The notes: generated by a model not told the origin, from the sequence alone. DNA of 60,594 bases from an uncultured delta proteobacterium (GCA_963803975.1 CAWDOY010000029.1:1-60594); one strand, 5' to 3'; positions 1 through 11,633 are shown, counted from the first letter of the stretch. Numbers and translations: made by a program.

Positions 1-925
1 TGAGCGGCATTCAGCATGTACCCCGGCAGGGGACGCAATCGGGGGATAAAATCTATGGCTCCATCAACCTCTGGTATGCTGAGGGTGTTGCCGGTGAGAG
101 TACCTTCCCCACCGTGTGGTTTTCCAGTATGGACGGCACGAACGCCCAGGGGAATGTTCCACGTCGGGCCGGAGGAGGCGCCGTATCATGGGCGAAAGAC
201 GGGCTCATATCTTTTTACCGTCCGAGCATGGTACGCGGATCAATACCTCGGAGGTCGGACCCTGGTAACCGGAAGGTCTCGCGGCACGCCCGCCACCGCG
301 TTTGAGGAAATAACTGTTAACGCCGGCTCCCAGGGGCCAACCCTGTTTGCATTTCATCCCTTTGAAAGCGACAGCCCGTCAGGTAATCTGGATGCGCTTC
401 CCATGCTCTACTATCGGGTAAAATTCCCCGGCTGCGCCGGGCCGAATGTGGGCAATGTCTCTGAATGCGACTATCCCGGATTCACCATGTGCGATGACTG
501 GACCGGGGGCGCCTTTGTCGACAGCGGTACGAAGCGGACAATTATGCTGCTGGGGTATACAGGGGCTCGGCAGCAATTGCTATGATGAGCCGCCGGTTCA
601 GTGCAACGACCCGTGCAGCCAGAACCACGGCTATCACTGCCAACCCTACGAGCGGCAGGTTATTTTTTACGATGTGAAGCAGATTGGCAAAACTGCTTTG
701 GGGCAACAGGACCCCTGGGCCGTGCTGCCCTACACAATATGGCGGCCCAGCGAGTTTTATCTCGACGGCGGCACCTGCTGGAATGCCGGAGGCATGGCGT
801 ATGACACTCAGAACAAGCGGCTCTTTATGGCAGAGCGCGGGCTGGGAGAAAGCGAAATGAATGCCATCGTGGTCATGTGTGGTCGGTGCAATGACAGTGT
901 AACAGGATTTAGTGAGCTCGTATAA
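1..925 (+). CDS. C-terminal part of a probably secreted hypothetical protein (5' end outside the window, frameshifted)
   Basis: ORFs 16..585 and 446..925 join near 565 (LLGY/KGLGSNCYDEP) into a coherent Cys/Gly/Trp-rich protein. Confidence 0.55.
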
Positions 926-954
926 TTAAACATCACAGAGAGGGAGGGATCAGC

Positions 955-2463
955 ATGAATATTTTTCACAAAAAAACATTCTTTCTTATCGGGGCTGTAT
1001 TGATATGTATTGTATGTACGGGTGCTTCTGTTGGGCAGCTTACAAAATATAAAAACGGAGCGCATCTGTTTGTCCCTTCTAACGCTCAAGACAACATTAA
1101 TCCACCTGCAAGTCCATTGCGATTGATTTTCATTCACCATTCCACTGGTGAAAACTGGCTGTCAGACGATAATGGAACGCTTGGCATCGCCCTGCGCGAT
1201 AATAATTACTTTGTTAGCGACAATGATTACGGATGGGGGCCGGATGACCTGGATGTGGGCAGCGAAACAATAGGTGACCATACTGACATCGGCAACTGGA
1301 ACTGGTTTCGCGGACCGCACAGCTCAACCTATCTGAACGCTCTCTATGCAGAGTCTGGTCAGAATAGCTACTATTCAAGGCTGGATGAAAATCAAAACCC
1401 TGGGGGAGAGAATGAAATTATCATGTTTAAATCGTGCTTTCCAAACTCAAACCTCCAGGGCGATCCCAATGATGCTGTTCCTTCAATCAACAATAATCCT
1501 TTACGGGGGCAGGATTCTTCATCAGAATACCATACGGTTGCAAACGCTAAAGGGATATACATTGACCTGCTTGAATATTTTAGCACCCGTCAGGACAAGC
1601 TGTTTATTGTTATCACTGCCCCGCCCCTCACCGACCCCTCAAATGCAGCCAATGCCCGCGCATTCAATCAGTTTCTGGTGAATGATTGGTTGACAAACTA
1701 TCCCTATAAAAACGTATTTGTCTTTGACTTTTATAACGTATTAACGACCAACGGCGGTACCCCGAACATAAACGATCTGAATAAGGAAACCGGGAATCAT
1801 CACCGCTGGTGGAATAATGCCATCCAGCACAAGATTGATGATGATAATGACAGCAACCCCAATGTTTCTGAATACCCCAGCAGGTTTGACGATGATCACC
1901 CGAGCCAGGCAGGTAATTTAAAGGCAACCGCAGAGTTTCTGCAGCTCTTAAATATTGCCTATAACCGCTGGAGGGAAACGTATGCTCCGACTACCACCGT
2001 CAACGGATCATCCACCACCACTACCGGGTTGCCAAGCACCACGACAACTACCGCAGAGCAACCTAACTGCCCGCTTGCAAGATCATTAGATAATCAGGAG
2101 CAGATAGCAACCTTGAGAGCGTTTCGGGATTTCTGGAAAACTACCGGTTTCGGGTCACAGATGGTGGCTCTCTATTATCAAAATGCTGCTGAGGTAACTT
2201 CAATATTAACCCGGCACCCGGAGCTTAAGGAACAGGTGCAGCAATTAGTGAGCGAAAATATTGCTATAGTCAGGGAGCTTGCTGCAGGCAAAAAAGTGAT
2301 GGTTTCCATTCAAGAGCTACGCAAGGTAACTGGATTCCTGAATGAGCTAAAGGCAGAAGGCAGCCCGAAGCTGCAGATAACCATTAGTTTCATCATAAGA
2401 GAGCTTGAAGAAGGGCATCTGCTGAGAGGGATGGGAATTACTGCAGATAAAGAGGAGAGATAA
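955..2463 (+). CDS. Secreted protein with SGNH-like domain, Thr-rich linker and CFI-box-CTERM-like C-terminal domain
   Basis: Signal peptide; motifs IFIHHSTGENW, MFKSCFPNS, DDHPS; TTTT linker; C-terminal CPLA...LRAFRD...GSQMVALYY; RBS GGAGGG. Confidence 0.7.
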   Translation: MNIFHKKTFFLIGAVLICIVCTGASVGQLTKYKNGAHLFVPSNAQDNINPPASPLRLIFIHHSTGENWLSDDNGTLGIALRDNNYFVSDNDYGWGPDDLDVGSETIGDHTDIGNWNWFRGPHSSTYLNALYAESGQNSYYSRLDENQNPGGENEIIMFKSCFPNSNLQGDPNDAVPSINNNPLRGQDSSSEYHTVANAKGIYIDLLEYFSTRQDKLFIVITAPPLTDPSNAANARAFNQFLVNDWLTNYPYKNVFVFDFYNVLTTNGGTPNINDLNKETGNHHRWWNNAIQHKIDDDNDSNPNVSEYPSRFDDDHPSQAGNLKATAEFLQLLNIAYNRWRETYAPTTTVNGSSTTTTGLPSTTTTTAEQPNCPLARSLDNQEQIATLRAFRDFWKTTGFGSQMVALYYQNAAEVTSILTRHPELKEQVQQLVSENIAIVRELAAGKKVMVSIQELRKVTGFLNELKAEGSPKLQITISFIIRELEEGHLLRGMGITADKEER

Positions 2464-2823
2464 ACATATCTATGGGGGAACATAAAACTGGCTGGATTCA
2501 AAGAAGATTTTGCTATTTGAGTAGCGGGGTTCGACTTCTATGTTTATTTCCATTCTATCAATGTCCTGTGATTTGATTTGTAAATATACTGCGAGGTTAT
2601 CTGTACAAGGCATTTTCTAAGAAGGGTGGAGTTGCATATTGTATTAAGTCTTTAGTTGTGAGGCAGTTGGGAAACATTAATAAGAAAATATGACTAAAAA
2701 TAATTATCAAAAGGATCATCTGTTAATCCTCTCTTACACCGTTTCCCTCAGGAAACTATACATATAAGGTGAGGGGTGACCATGCATTAAATGCAGGAAA
2801 ACATGTCTTGAAAGGAGGCAAAC

Positions 2824-5800
2824 ATGAGTAAAAAACTATTTCTCTTTTGTGCAGCGATGCTGCTTGGATGCAGCTTCACGGCCACCGCCATGGCAGCCGA
2901 TGCCGTAACTGTGTACGTTGAGCCGGCAAGCGCCACCTACACACTCTACCAGCCTGACAACCTGCCGTGCCGGGCTACATTCCTCGATGCCGCCGGCCAG
3001 CTTGCAACCACGTTTGCAGGCGCACAGATCGGGGACTCAGTGCTGGAGCTGAAGTCAGCAAACTTCAGCACTGCTATTGTCTTCAACCCCGGCTCACCGG
3101 TGAACATCAGCAATGACGGCTACCAGGAATTTGAGATTACCTATAATCCTGCAGCCATAACCGAGCCAGGGGACGACACTATCACCGCAACCCTGAAAAA
3201 CGGCACCTCGACAATCAGCAGCTCACTATCAATAAAAGTGCTTGCCCCGGTGGCAAACACCTATGTCACGAGGACCGGTCTTGCCAGCTCCCAGATACCC
3301 GAAGTGCTGGAAGCAATTCCCGCCCGCACGAACAACAACGGCGCCATCATCAGCGCAGGCAGTGCTCTGAACGTGACCGTTATGGCAGCTTTTGGCCGCG
3401 ACACTGATGCAAATAATGTGTATGACCAGTGGTATTTTACTGACAATCTACCGGAAGGTGCAGAGAAGGTGAATATTTCTGGTGCAGCCACGCATGCGAT
3501 CATTACCGGAGCGGTAACCATAGCCCAGACCAGCGCCACCCTGGAAAACGGTATCGCAACCGTTTCCGTGACAGCTCAGGATCTGAAAATACCCGACATC
3601 CTTGAAAAAGCCCCTAATCTTGGCGCACAGGCAGCCCTCATGGATGATCTGCTCAACCCGAATTACACCATTGGCAGTGCCTTTGGCGTGCAGCCAGCCT
3701 GGAGCGCAACAGGCACCCTGACCAGGGAAGTGGGTAACTACAACAACGCAGGGATCTTTGATGCCAACCTTGACCAAGTAATTATAAACCCGGTGCATGC
3801 GACCATCGGTCTTGCATTCCAGGATGTCGCATTCCAGTCAGACAAATCCGCCCACAAGCCGGCACCGATCAATTTTGTGACCATAGTGGGGTTGCCGATA
3901 AATAACCAGGATGGTGCCGAAAGCGGTAATACTGTTCCACAGGCGGTGGAGTATCTTCAACTGATGCATACAACCTGCTGGTTGACCCCAAGGCAAAGCC
4001 AAACACATTCATCGTGAGCGGCAATCCAGCAACCCATATGTTATGGTGCCATTGTGGGCTATGACCAGTTCAAAAATCCCGCACCATTTTTAACATTCCG
4101 GTGCTTTAGCGACGTTTGCCATGAATGATGTTGGCGGTCCAGTAGCTGCGATCAAATCAGGCGGACCTTTGGTATTCGTCCAGCGGGCAATGTGATTGGA
4201 CCTGCAACACCGTATTTAGCGTTTGTTCCGTTTGGGTTCCCTGCTGCAGCTAACAGCGTATACATCGACCCAGCCGCAACCGTAGGACCTGCTGCTGCCA
4301 CCTATGCAAATGTTGACACATCTGCAGAGGGTGTCACCTTTGATGTACAGGATAAGGTGAATGCGGTGAATTTTGGCGGTGCAGGCATTAACCCGATCCT
4401 TGACATCACTGCCGGTAAAGACTCTGTAAATCTCCAGGTGGTTGCCGAGGCAGGACTTGGGGATTCATTTACCCTGCGGGCAAAAACCAGGCTCGGCCAG
4501 ACCGTGCTGCTCAATGTGAGGGATTCAACTACTGGAAAAGAATCCCTTAACATCCCGCGTGATGGCAGCACTGTTAATGCTGAGCAGGACGTTGTCTTCT
4601 TTACCAGGGTACGAGAGCAGGATGGCCCGCTTTACCTGATACTGGAAGGGAATACGGCGCCTAAGACCATCACCAATATAACCGTGCCCATAGGTAATGG
4701 CGCGCCACCGTTAGAGCCCGGCATCCGGCCGGCTGACCCGGGCGATTTCCCGCCGAGCGCGGTGACTGTGCAACTCAATACAATTCAAGCGGTAGTGGAC
4801 ACCGAGCATAAAGAGATTCTCATCTTTAATGCACCGGACCCGCCCATTCCGACCGTACTGATTTTTGACGCGTTCGGCAACACCTATTATCCGGGCATGG
4901 TTGGAGCTGTTTTTGATCCGGTCACACTCCAGGATGCGGACGCAACTGTTGCAGTGGTTAAATCAAACGGCTCGCCGTATCCCGGCGCAAGTGCGGACAT
5001 TGACGGTAATAATATTATCGTCAGCCTTTCCCTGCCGGACGTGACCGAAGCCAACGGCGACCCGATACTGAAGATAACTGCGGGCACAGCCAGCGCACAG
5101 ATCACCTACCGGGTGCGGGCACTGGTCAAGACTTCGCTGGTTAACCGGTTCGTGCCGGTGTTTGGTGTGGATGATACGCCCATCGTTCTCAACTTTGCTG
5201 ACCAGAACGGTGCATACATCATTCCGGTCACCAACGGCCCCGGGTTTGACGTAGATGTCGAGGCCACCGACGGTACCACCTCAGAAGGTGACGACTTCAC
5301 CAAAATACTGTCTGAGTTCAACCCGCGCGAGGTTTTCACTGCCCAGCTTGCAGACGGCGATGCGGATAAGATCATGACCCTTGACGCTGACGGCACAGAT
5401 GCCAATGCCGGCAAGACCACGCTGACCCTAGACTTCAACGCCGACTTTCGAGAAGCCGGTGGTGGGAGCAGCAACGGTGAGCGACTGCGCCATCAGCATA
5501 GCAATAACCGACAACAAGGCAGTGAACCTGGCAGGCTCCACGGTGGTGGTGAAGAACGGCTCCACGGGTGCGGATGTAACCGCGACCCTGACCCGCACCA
5601 ACACCAACGACGGAACCCCGGCAGGCTCCATTGACTTTACCAATGTGCCGGTAGGCAGCTACACCCTTGACATCGTAGCCAGGGACAAGGCCAACAATAC
5701 AGCCAGCCCGGTCAACCTGGCTGCCAACGTCACAACCTGCGGCGCAGAGCCGGGCTGCGCAAGCGTTGACCCTGCCTTCAGTTTGAAGGGATCAACTGTT

Positions 5801-6604
5801 GATGTGGTAATTACGGGGACTAACACAAACTTTGGCGCAACCTCGGCAGTGACCTTCAGCTGCCCCGGCGTGACGGTAAACAGCGCAACCGCCAACAGCG
5901 CTACCCAGATTACGGCCAATATCACGATCGCTGCCGATGCAGCTGATGCAGCCTGCAACGTAACCGTGACCACCGGCGCCGAGACCGTGGTGTGTTCCGG
6001 CGGCTTTGAGATCAAGGCCGAGCTGCCCGGGTGCGTGAGCGTGAGCCCGGCATCGGTTGATACAGGGTTTACCGGTGATGTAACGATTACGCTGTCATCC
6101 ATTGATGTAAGCGGCCTCTCTGATATTGCGGTGAGCTTTGGCTGCCCGGGTGTGACCGTGAACAGCACCACGGTAACCGGCCCGACCACCGTGGTAGCCA
6201 ACATCACGATAGCCGAAGACACAGCAGGCGGCACCTGCAGCGTGACCGTCAGCCGCGGCAGTTCCCTGGCCATTGTTTGTCAGGATGCATTCACGGTCCT
6301 GTCGGCACCTGAGTGCTCAATCACGCTAAGCCCGAGCACGGTGAGTGCCGGCTTTATCTTCCCGCGGTTTGCAACGATCACGATCACAGGTTCAAACTGC
6401 ACGTTTGATGACACTACGACGGTGAGCATCAGCGGTAAGGGCGTACGAATTTTTGGCAGGCCGACCATCAGCGGCAGCACCATCACAGTGCGTTTGTTTA
6501 TTCGTCCGCGGCTGTTTGGCGGCCCGTTCAGCAGCGCAGGTGAAAAGACCGTAACCGTGACGACTGGCACTGAAACAGCAACGGCAACGTTGACGGTGGA
6601 GTAA
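2824..6604 (+). CDS. Large secreted surface (S-layer-like) protein with C-terminal Cys-bridged Ig-like repeats; frameshifted
   Basis: ORFs 2824..4017, 4192..5634 and 5459..6604 are contiguous with the same Thr/Ala/Val/Asn-rich composition; signal peptide; RBS GAAAGGAGG; repeated CxSVxP...FxCPGVTVNS units. Confidence 0.7.
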
Positions 6605-6656
6605 CCAGATAAAGTCACTGTACCCTGGTTGCATTTAAGCCGGGGGAATAGATAAG

Positions 6657-6700
6657 GAGACGGGGTTTGCAGGTAACACTGCAGGCCCCGTTTTCATTTT
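6657..6700 (+). terminator. Rho-independent terminator
   Basis: Hairpin GAGACGGGGTTTGCAG / CTGCAGGCCCCGTTTTC followed by ATTTT. Confidence 0.7.
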
Positions 6701-7345
6701 GAATAAATGTGGAAAGGTAAATAAAAATGCGAATGCGGATTGTGGAGTGGGGAATTGTGACGGTGGATAGGTTAAAGGTTAAGAGGTTAAGAGGTTAAGA
6801 GGTAAAAAGAGTAAATTGTCACGAGATATTAAAGCCCACAGCTGCATGTCTGAAAGCAAAAATACAAGATGTATAAAATAGGAATCTATGCGAAGTTAAT
6901 TTAAAAGTATAGCTTATGTATCAAAGCTGCAATCCGCCCAAGGGTACGGATCGTTCCATTGGGGGTGGGGGGACTATGCAGTAATTGTGCTGTAGAAATG
7001 ATATAAATGAGCGATCATCCTGAAGGTATTGCCGAGAATGGCGCAGAAGGTGGGTAAATAGAGATAAATAGAATTTTTTAGAGAGTAAAGACAGAAATCA
7101 AACTGGTTTCTGCCTTTGCTCTATATCAACATATTGTGGCGGCATCTTTACGATCAAAATGCGCGACTTCTTCTAAGCGCATCGACCAATTCTGCTCAAG
7201 CTATTGAAACTTTATTAAGAAGTCATCACTATTGTCAGCTTGCATTCAAGCTACACCCCTCAGTGTTGTCATATTCAATCTCAGTTATTAAAGGTGTAGA
7301 CGGTACGACGTCCAACTACATTAAGACGACTCTGTGTGATGTAGA

Positions 7346-8092
7346 TCAGTATCGAATGGCCGGCGCAAAGTGCGCCAGGGACAGGGCCTCCAGCGGCACG
7401 CCCAGTTTTTGGGCGACTTTGACCGAGATATCCTTCAGCAGATAATACTCCATTATCCGTGCCCTGACAGCATACATCAGGGCACTTTGCTTTTCAGTGA
7501 ACCGCTCCCGCTTTCTCTTCTCAACAACTTCAAAATAAGACGCAAGCCAGTTTAACCCTGCTTCCTTGACCAGCGCTGCCTGGTCGCTTCCCAGCTCAAG
7601 CCTGATGCCGATCTCCGCGTTCAGGGCTTTGCCCCAGGACTCCATCCAGTACATATCTTTCAGCTTTGCCCGCAGGGCTTCATAATCCTGCCCGTATTTT
7701 TCTGTAACCTTCTTTATCTTTGTCTGCAGAAATTTTAAATCATCTTTTCGCGCTGCCGCAGGCGCTACATCGAGAAACCCGGCAAAGATATCATCTCCGG
7801 CAACACGGTTTTCCATGTTAAAAAGCATTACGGGTATTTTAGGCGAGGCTGGATAGATTTTGACCTGAAATACATTAAAGCGGGTATCTTCATCGGTGAG
7901 GGGGTTTTTTGTGTTGAGGATGATGCGTGAAGTTGCTGCCTTTTCCAGTACCTTTCCCCGCACCACGTTTACTTCCCAACTTCCCGCAGGCACCTTCCAG
8001 AGTTTATGTTCAATCCTGTCTGTCTTATTCAACCGCTTGAAACCTTCCAGTGCGGTCTGGTTGAGCTGGCTGAAATAATTTTTCATTTCCAT
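7346..8092 (-). CDS. Divergent coproporphyrinogen III oxidase (HemF)-fold protein
   Basis: W...VVRGKVLEKA and KIYPASPKIP resemble HemF RNGGVFEQAG and VVHPHNPYVP; start MEMKNYF chosen at 8092. Confidence 0.55.
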   Translation of the reverse strand: MEMKNYFSQLNQTALEGFKRLNKTDRIEHKLWKVPAGSWEVNVVRGKVLEKAATSRIILNTKNPLTDEDTRFNVFQVKIYPASPKIPVMLFNMENRVAGDDIFAGFLDVAPAAARKDDLKFLQTKIKKVTEKYGQDYEALRAKLKDMYWMESWGKALNAEIGIRLELGSDQAALVKEAGLNWLASYFEVVEKRKRERFTEKQSALMYAVRARIMEYYLLKDISVKVAQKLGVPLEALSLAHFAPAIRY

Positions 8093-8116
8093 AAAATTTT
8101 TATACTGTCCCAGGCA

Positions 8117-8200
8117 GAGATTGCCGCGGCTTCGCCTCGCAATGACAGGTGGATAAGCATGGTGCTGTGAGGTCATTACGAGCGCAAGCGAAGTAATCTC
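8117..8200. repeat. Inverted pair of REP-like palindromic units (GTCATTGCGAG...GCAATCTC family)
   Basis: 8117-8146 (reverse) and 8172-8200; related copies at ~41990-42009, 44607-44641, 47785-47819 and 57352-57387. Confidence 0.7.
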
Positions 8201-8201
8201 A

Positions 8202-9011
8202 TCATTGCAACTTCACTGCAAGACCGAACGTCAGCTTCCATTCTTTTTTGGTCTGGCGCGGAGTGGCAAAATATTTCGCGAACTTTGTTTCCCAGTCCTT
8301 GTCTCCAGTGACGAGTGCCATATCCCGGCAGAGCTGGATTACGGGGATGCCGCAGGATTCCAGGGCAAAGACGCGGTGCTCGGGCATGCGGCACTCGCCG
8401 TCGCCGAGGCACGGGTTGGGGTGGCAGAGCTGGCAGGGTCCGGCGCCAAACGCTGCTACAACCGACTCCTCCCCTGCAGCGCTCTTTATCGCCTTTCTGA
8501 ATTTATTTACGATGTGGTCCTGCCAGCCGCGATGCTCCGGGGGCTCAAGAAAAGATTTTGACTGTATGGCTATGAAAATATCCGCCTGGTCAAGTTTTTC
8601 CCGGGCCTCTTGCGCGGTAAAGGAGTACGGCGGGCAGGCGGACATCTTTCCGTGCCCGGGACAGGGGCCGAAGCTGACGCCCGTGGCTTCGGTGTAGGCC
8701 TTGGGCAGGGTAAACATGTTGCGGCACATCTCCCTGATGCGCGGGTCAGTAATTACCATCCCTGCGGGAAGCCAGCCGACCTTTGCCACATACTGCCCTC
8801 TTTTTTCATCAAGGGACTGTACATATGTGGCATCTATCAGCTGCTTTATTTCCGGGTGCCGGTCAAGAAGCTTCTGTTGCTCGCGATACAGAGACAGCTT
8901 GCGTGCTTTAGTTTTAAAGTTGCGGTAAATATCCGTATCCCGGACAATACAGTCATGAATAACCGTAACATCGTATGCGACCTGTGGCCTTGCTGGCATG
9001 GTAACCCTCAT
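8202..9011 (-). CDS. DUF2284 metal-binding domain protein
   Basis: CPGHGKMSACPP, GAGPCQLC...C...C and ALESCGI motifs. Confidence 0.7.
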   Translation of the reverse strand: MRVTMPARPQVAYDVTVIHDCIVRDTDIYRNFKTKARKLSLYREQQKLLDRHPEIKQLIDATYVQSLDEKRGQYVAKVGWLPAGMVITDPRIREMCRNMFTLPKAYTEATGVSFGPCPGHGKMSACPPYSFTAQEAREKLDQADIFIAIQSKSFLEPPEHRGWQDHIVNKFRKAIKSAAGEESVVAAFGAGPCQLCHPNPCLGDGECRMPEHRVFALESCGIPVIQLCRDMALVTGDKDWETKFAKYFATPRQTKKEWKLTFGLAVKLQ

Positions 9012-9037
9012 TATTGATGGTAAATTCTCTTCATCTC

Positions 9038-9643
9038 TTACAGGATGACCAGTTTAACCCCGGCTTCAAATGCCTGCTGCAAATCTGCTTCTTTATTTTT
9101 AACATTGGCTATCTCCAGATTGCCGGTACTGAAAACCTCGGCGACTTTTTTCAGCCTGAAGTCTTTCAAATTGGAATCAAGCGCTCTCAAGAGCAGCGCT
9201 GATGCCGAGGGACTGAAATCACCCTGGCTTGCAACCATAACCGCTTTTTTGCCGCTTATGAGTGTCGTTGCAGTAGCGCTTAGTATTTTCCCGGATTCAT
9301 CCTTAATGGCCTGCATCTTTATGAGCGGCTGCATCCGGCAGAACAGGTTTGTCAATGCCGCGGACATGGAATGCACATGATTCGGCGAGCCGAAAATAAG
9401 CATGTCGGCTTTAATCATGCGCTGAAGAATGCCGGCCATATCATCTTTAAGCGGGCAGTCCTGACCTCCCCTGAAGGCGGTACAGGCAAGACAGCCGGTG
9501 CAGTTTTTAATATGTGCCTCATAGAGGTATATCTTTTCAACCTCCGCCTCTATTTTACTTTTTGCGCCTTCAATGACTTTATCAATCAGCGTATCAATGT
9601 TAGAACCTTTTCGCGGACTGCCGACAAATGCCATGATCTTCAT
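9038..9643 (-). CDS. Flavodoxin family / iron-sulfur flavoprotein (NADPH-dependent FMN reductase fold)
   Basis: GSPRKGSN, CTGCLAC...CPLKDDM, LIFGSP. Confidence 0.85.
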   Translation of the reverse strand: MKIMAFVGSPRKGSNIDTLIDKVIEGAKSKIEAEVEKIYLYEAHIKNCTGCLACTAFRGGQDCPLKDDMAGILQRMIKADMLIFGSPNHVHSMSAALTNLFCRMQPLIKMQAIKDESGKILSATATTLISGKKAVMVASQGDFSPSASALLLRALDSNLKDFRLKKVAEVFSTGNLEIANVKNKEADLQQAFEAGVKLVIL

Positions 9644-10500
9644 GTAAACGTTCCTCTTTCAATGAACTGTTTATTGCAGCCTATTCCTTCAGCCATTTTT
9701 CTATCAGCCGTGCAAACTCCTCCCAGTTTTTCTCCAGCATGAACATGTGGCCGCCGGGCTCGATGACCTGAAAGTCTTGAGCGCGGTAATAGCGGGCCAA
9801 GCTCCCGGCCGAGGTCTATCGGGTAATCAAGGCCGATCTTTTTCAGATCAAACCCGATCACATACACCGGGCACGTTACTTTCAGCGCGTCCACGTCCAC
9901 ATCCTTCATCTCAAAAAGCGCCCGCGCTGATTCCACGCACATCTTCTGGTGGCACATCTGCAGCACGTCCGGCTCAACGTTTCCCGGATCAAACATGTAG
10001 CCGATCAGCTTCTGCGGGTCCTTGTCAGGCTGGAGCGTCTTCTCCGTCATCACGCGGCCCTGCTCCTGCCCGCGCTTCATGAAGGCATTGAAATCAATCT
10101 TTTCCACGACTGATTTCGGCGGCGCGGTATGCAGGAGAATCATTTTTGCCGGATCCCCGGTTTCCGCGTATTTCTGCGCCAGCACCCCGCCCATGCTGTG
10201 GCCGATCAGCACCGGCGCCCTGCCGAGCCACTTGACTACAATATCTATATCTTCAAGATACGAGCTGACCCCGACATCTCCCCAGTCTTTAACCGGCTCG
10301 CTTAAATGATGGCCGCGCAGATTCAGCGCGTAGCAGGTCCAGCCGCGAGGGGCGAAGTAGTTAAGAAAATTTTCCCAGCACCAGCTGCCGCAGGTAGAGC
10401 CGTGAATAAAAAGAAGCGGGTCGGGAGACGCTTCATGTTCCGGCAGGAAGCATTCTATTGCAATGCCTTTAATCTTTATAGTCTTGGCAGTAAATTTCAT
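9640..10500 (-). CDS. Alpha/beta hydrolase (probable frameshift near the C-terminus)
   Basis: LFIHG, LRGH, GHSMGG nucleophile elbow; the catalytic His segment (PGGHMFM) lies in another frame. Confidence 0.85.
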   Translation of the reverse strand: MKFTAKTIKIKGIAIECFLPEHEASPDPLLFIHGSTCGSWCWENFLNYFAPRGWTCYALNLRGHHLSEPVKDWGDVGVSSYLEDIDIVVKWLGRAPVLIGHSMGGVLAQKYAETGDPAKMILLHTAPPKSVVEKIDFNAFMKRGQEQGRVMTEKTLQPDKDPQKLIGYMFDPGNVEPDVLQMCHQKMCVESARALFEMKDVDVDALKVTCPVYVIGFDLKKIGLDYPIDLGRELGPLLPRSRLSGHRARRPHVHAGEKLGGVCTADRKMAEGIGCNKQFIERGTFT

Positions 10501-10550
10501 ATGTTTTTTTCTTCTTGAGTTCCTGAGTTCCAGATTAACTATTCATCTTT

Positions 10551-11300
10551 TTATTCAAATCCCTCAATAAATGCTCTCACATTTTTGCCCAGCACGCTAT
10601 GGTTATAGCCGCCCTCGAGTACGGCAAAGCGTCGGCCCCGGCAGACCCGCTCAGCAGCTTCCCTGGTCATCATCCCGATAGCGCGGTAATCCTCTGTGGT
10701 AAGCTCGCCGCCCCAGTCATCAACGTGCCGGTCAAATCCCGCGGATACTGCAAGGATATCATAGCCGGATTCTTCCCCGAGCTTGTGGGCAAGCCTCTTC
10801 ATAAAAACTTCCCGGTGATCCGCATCAGGCTGGAAATACATGACCGGGGTGCCGGTGAAAATGTTATTGGTGCCATCACCGAAGTGCAGGTCAAAATCGA
10901 TTATCAGCGCCTTCGCGATTTTCTTTTCCGCCCGCAGCTTTGCCAGCGCCACGGCTATATTATTAAAGAAGCAGAAGCCCCAGCAGTGGTCGGAGCTGGC
11001 GTGATGTCCGGGCGGCCGTATCAAGCCGAATGCCGGCTCCCCTGCCAGTGCCGTTTCCGCCGCCATGATGGCGCCGCCCGCCGCAAGGCAGGAAATTTCA
11101 TACAGCTCCGGGTCTTTTTTTATTGAGCTTATGTGATGGGCGCCGTGGACCCGTTTTATATCCTGTTCAGCGGCAGGCCGGGGTTCGAGGAATGTATAGT
11201 TTCCCACCAGCTCTTTGTGAATTGCCTCGATCCGCCCCGCCCTGCTGGCCGGGTCTGAGCTGTAGATTTCAAGATATGCAGGATGATAGATGATCTTCAT
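10551..11300 (-). CDS. Histone deacetylase family protein
   Basis: RPPGHHA, GFCFFNN, DFDLHFGDGT, SAGFD, LEGGY. Confidence 0.92.
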   Translation of the reverse strand: MKIIYHPAYLEIYSSDPASRAGRIEAIHKELVGNYTFLEPRPAAEQDIKRVHGAHHISSIKKDPELYEISCLAAGGAIMAAETALAGEPAFGLIRPPGHHASSDHCWGFCFFNNIAVALAKLRAEKKIAKALIIDFDLHFGDGTNNIFTGTPVMYFQPDADHREVFMKRLAHKLGEESGYDILAVSAGFDRHVDDWGGELTTEDYRAIGMMTREAAERVCRGRRFAVLEGGYNHSVLGKNVRAFIEGFE

Positions 11301-11515
11301 GTTTGCATGCAACCACAGTCCCGATAGATTAGCTCGGTAAAGAGGTCAATGAAGCCATCCATTTGTGCACCGCCTGTTACAGCACTACGCAGACCCTGAT
11401 CAGCTTTTCCACTCTCTTCCTGTTTGCGGCGTTGCGCAGCTCGCGTTTGCCAGTAATGTGAAACAGCTCGTTCCACCCATTCTGTTATGTGTTGAATTGT
11501 TTGGCTGTTTGTCAT
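11297..11515 (-). pseudogene. N-terminal fragment of a PaeR7I/XhoI-family type II restriction endonuclease
   Basis: AVSHYWQTRAAQRRKQEESGKADQGLRSAVTGGAQMDGF matches the family N-terminus; truncated after ~65 aa. Confidence 0.7.
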
Positions 11516-11633
11516 AAAGGTTGGGTTATTGAATGTTTTTTTCTTTCTCAGGGGACAATCTTTTTTATACCAGCAGGAAAGGGGAAGGTTCTAATTAAAG
11601 TTAAAGAACTATTTCTATTCTCTGCGGGTGTTG

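Noticed and set aside
7116..7445. 109-aa plus-strand ORF in AT-rich DNA
   Set aside because: No ATG start, RBS or recognisable motif; it overlaps the HemF-like gene antisense.
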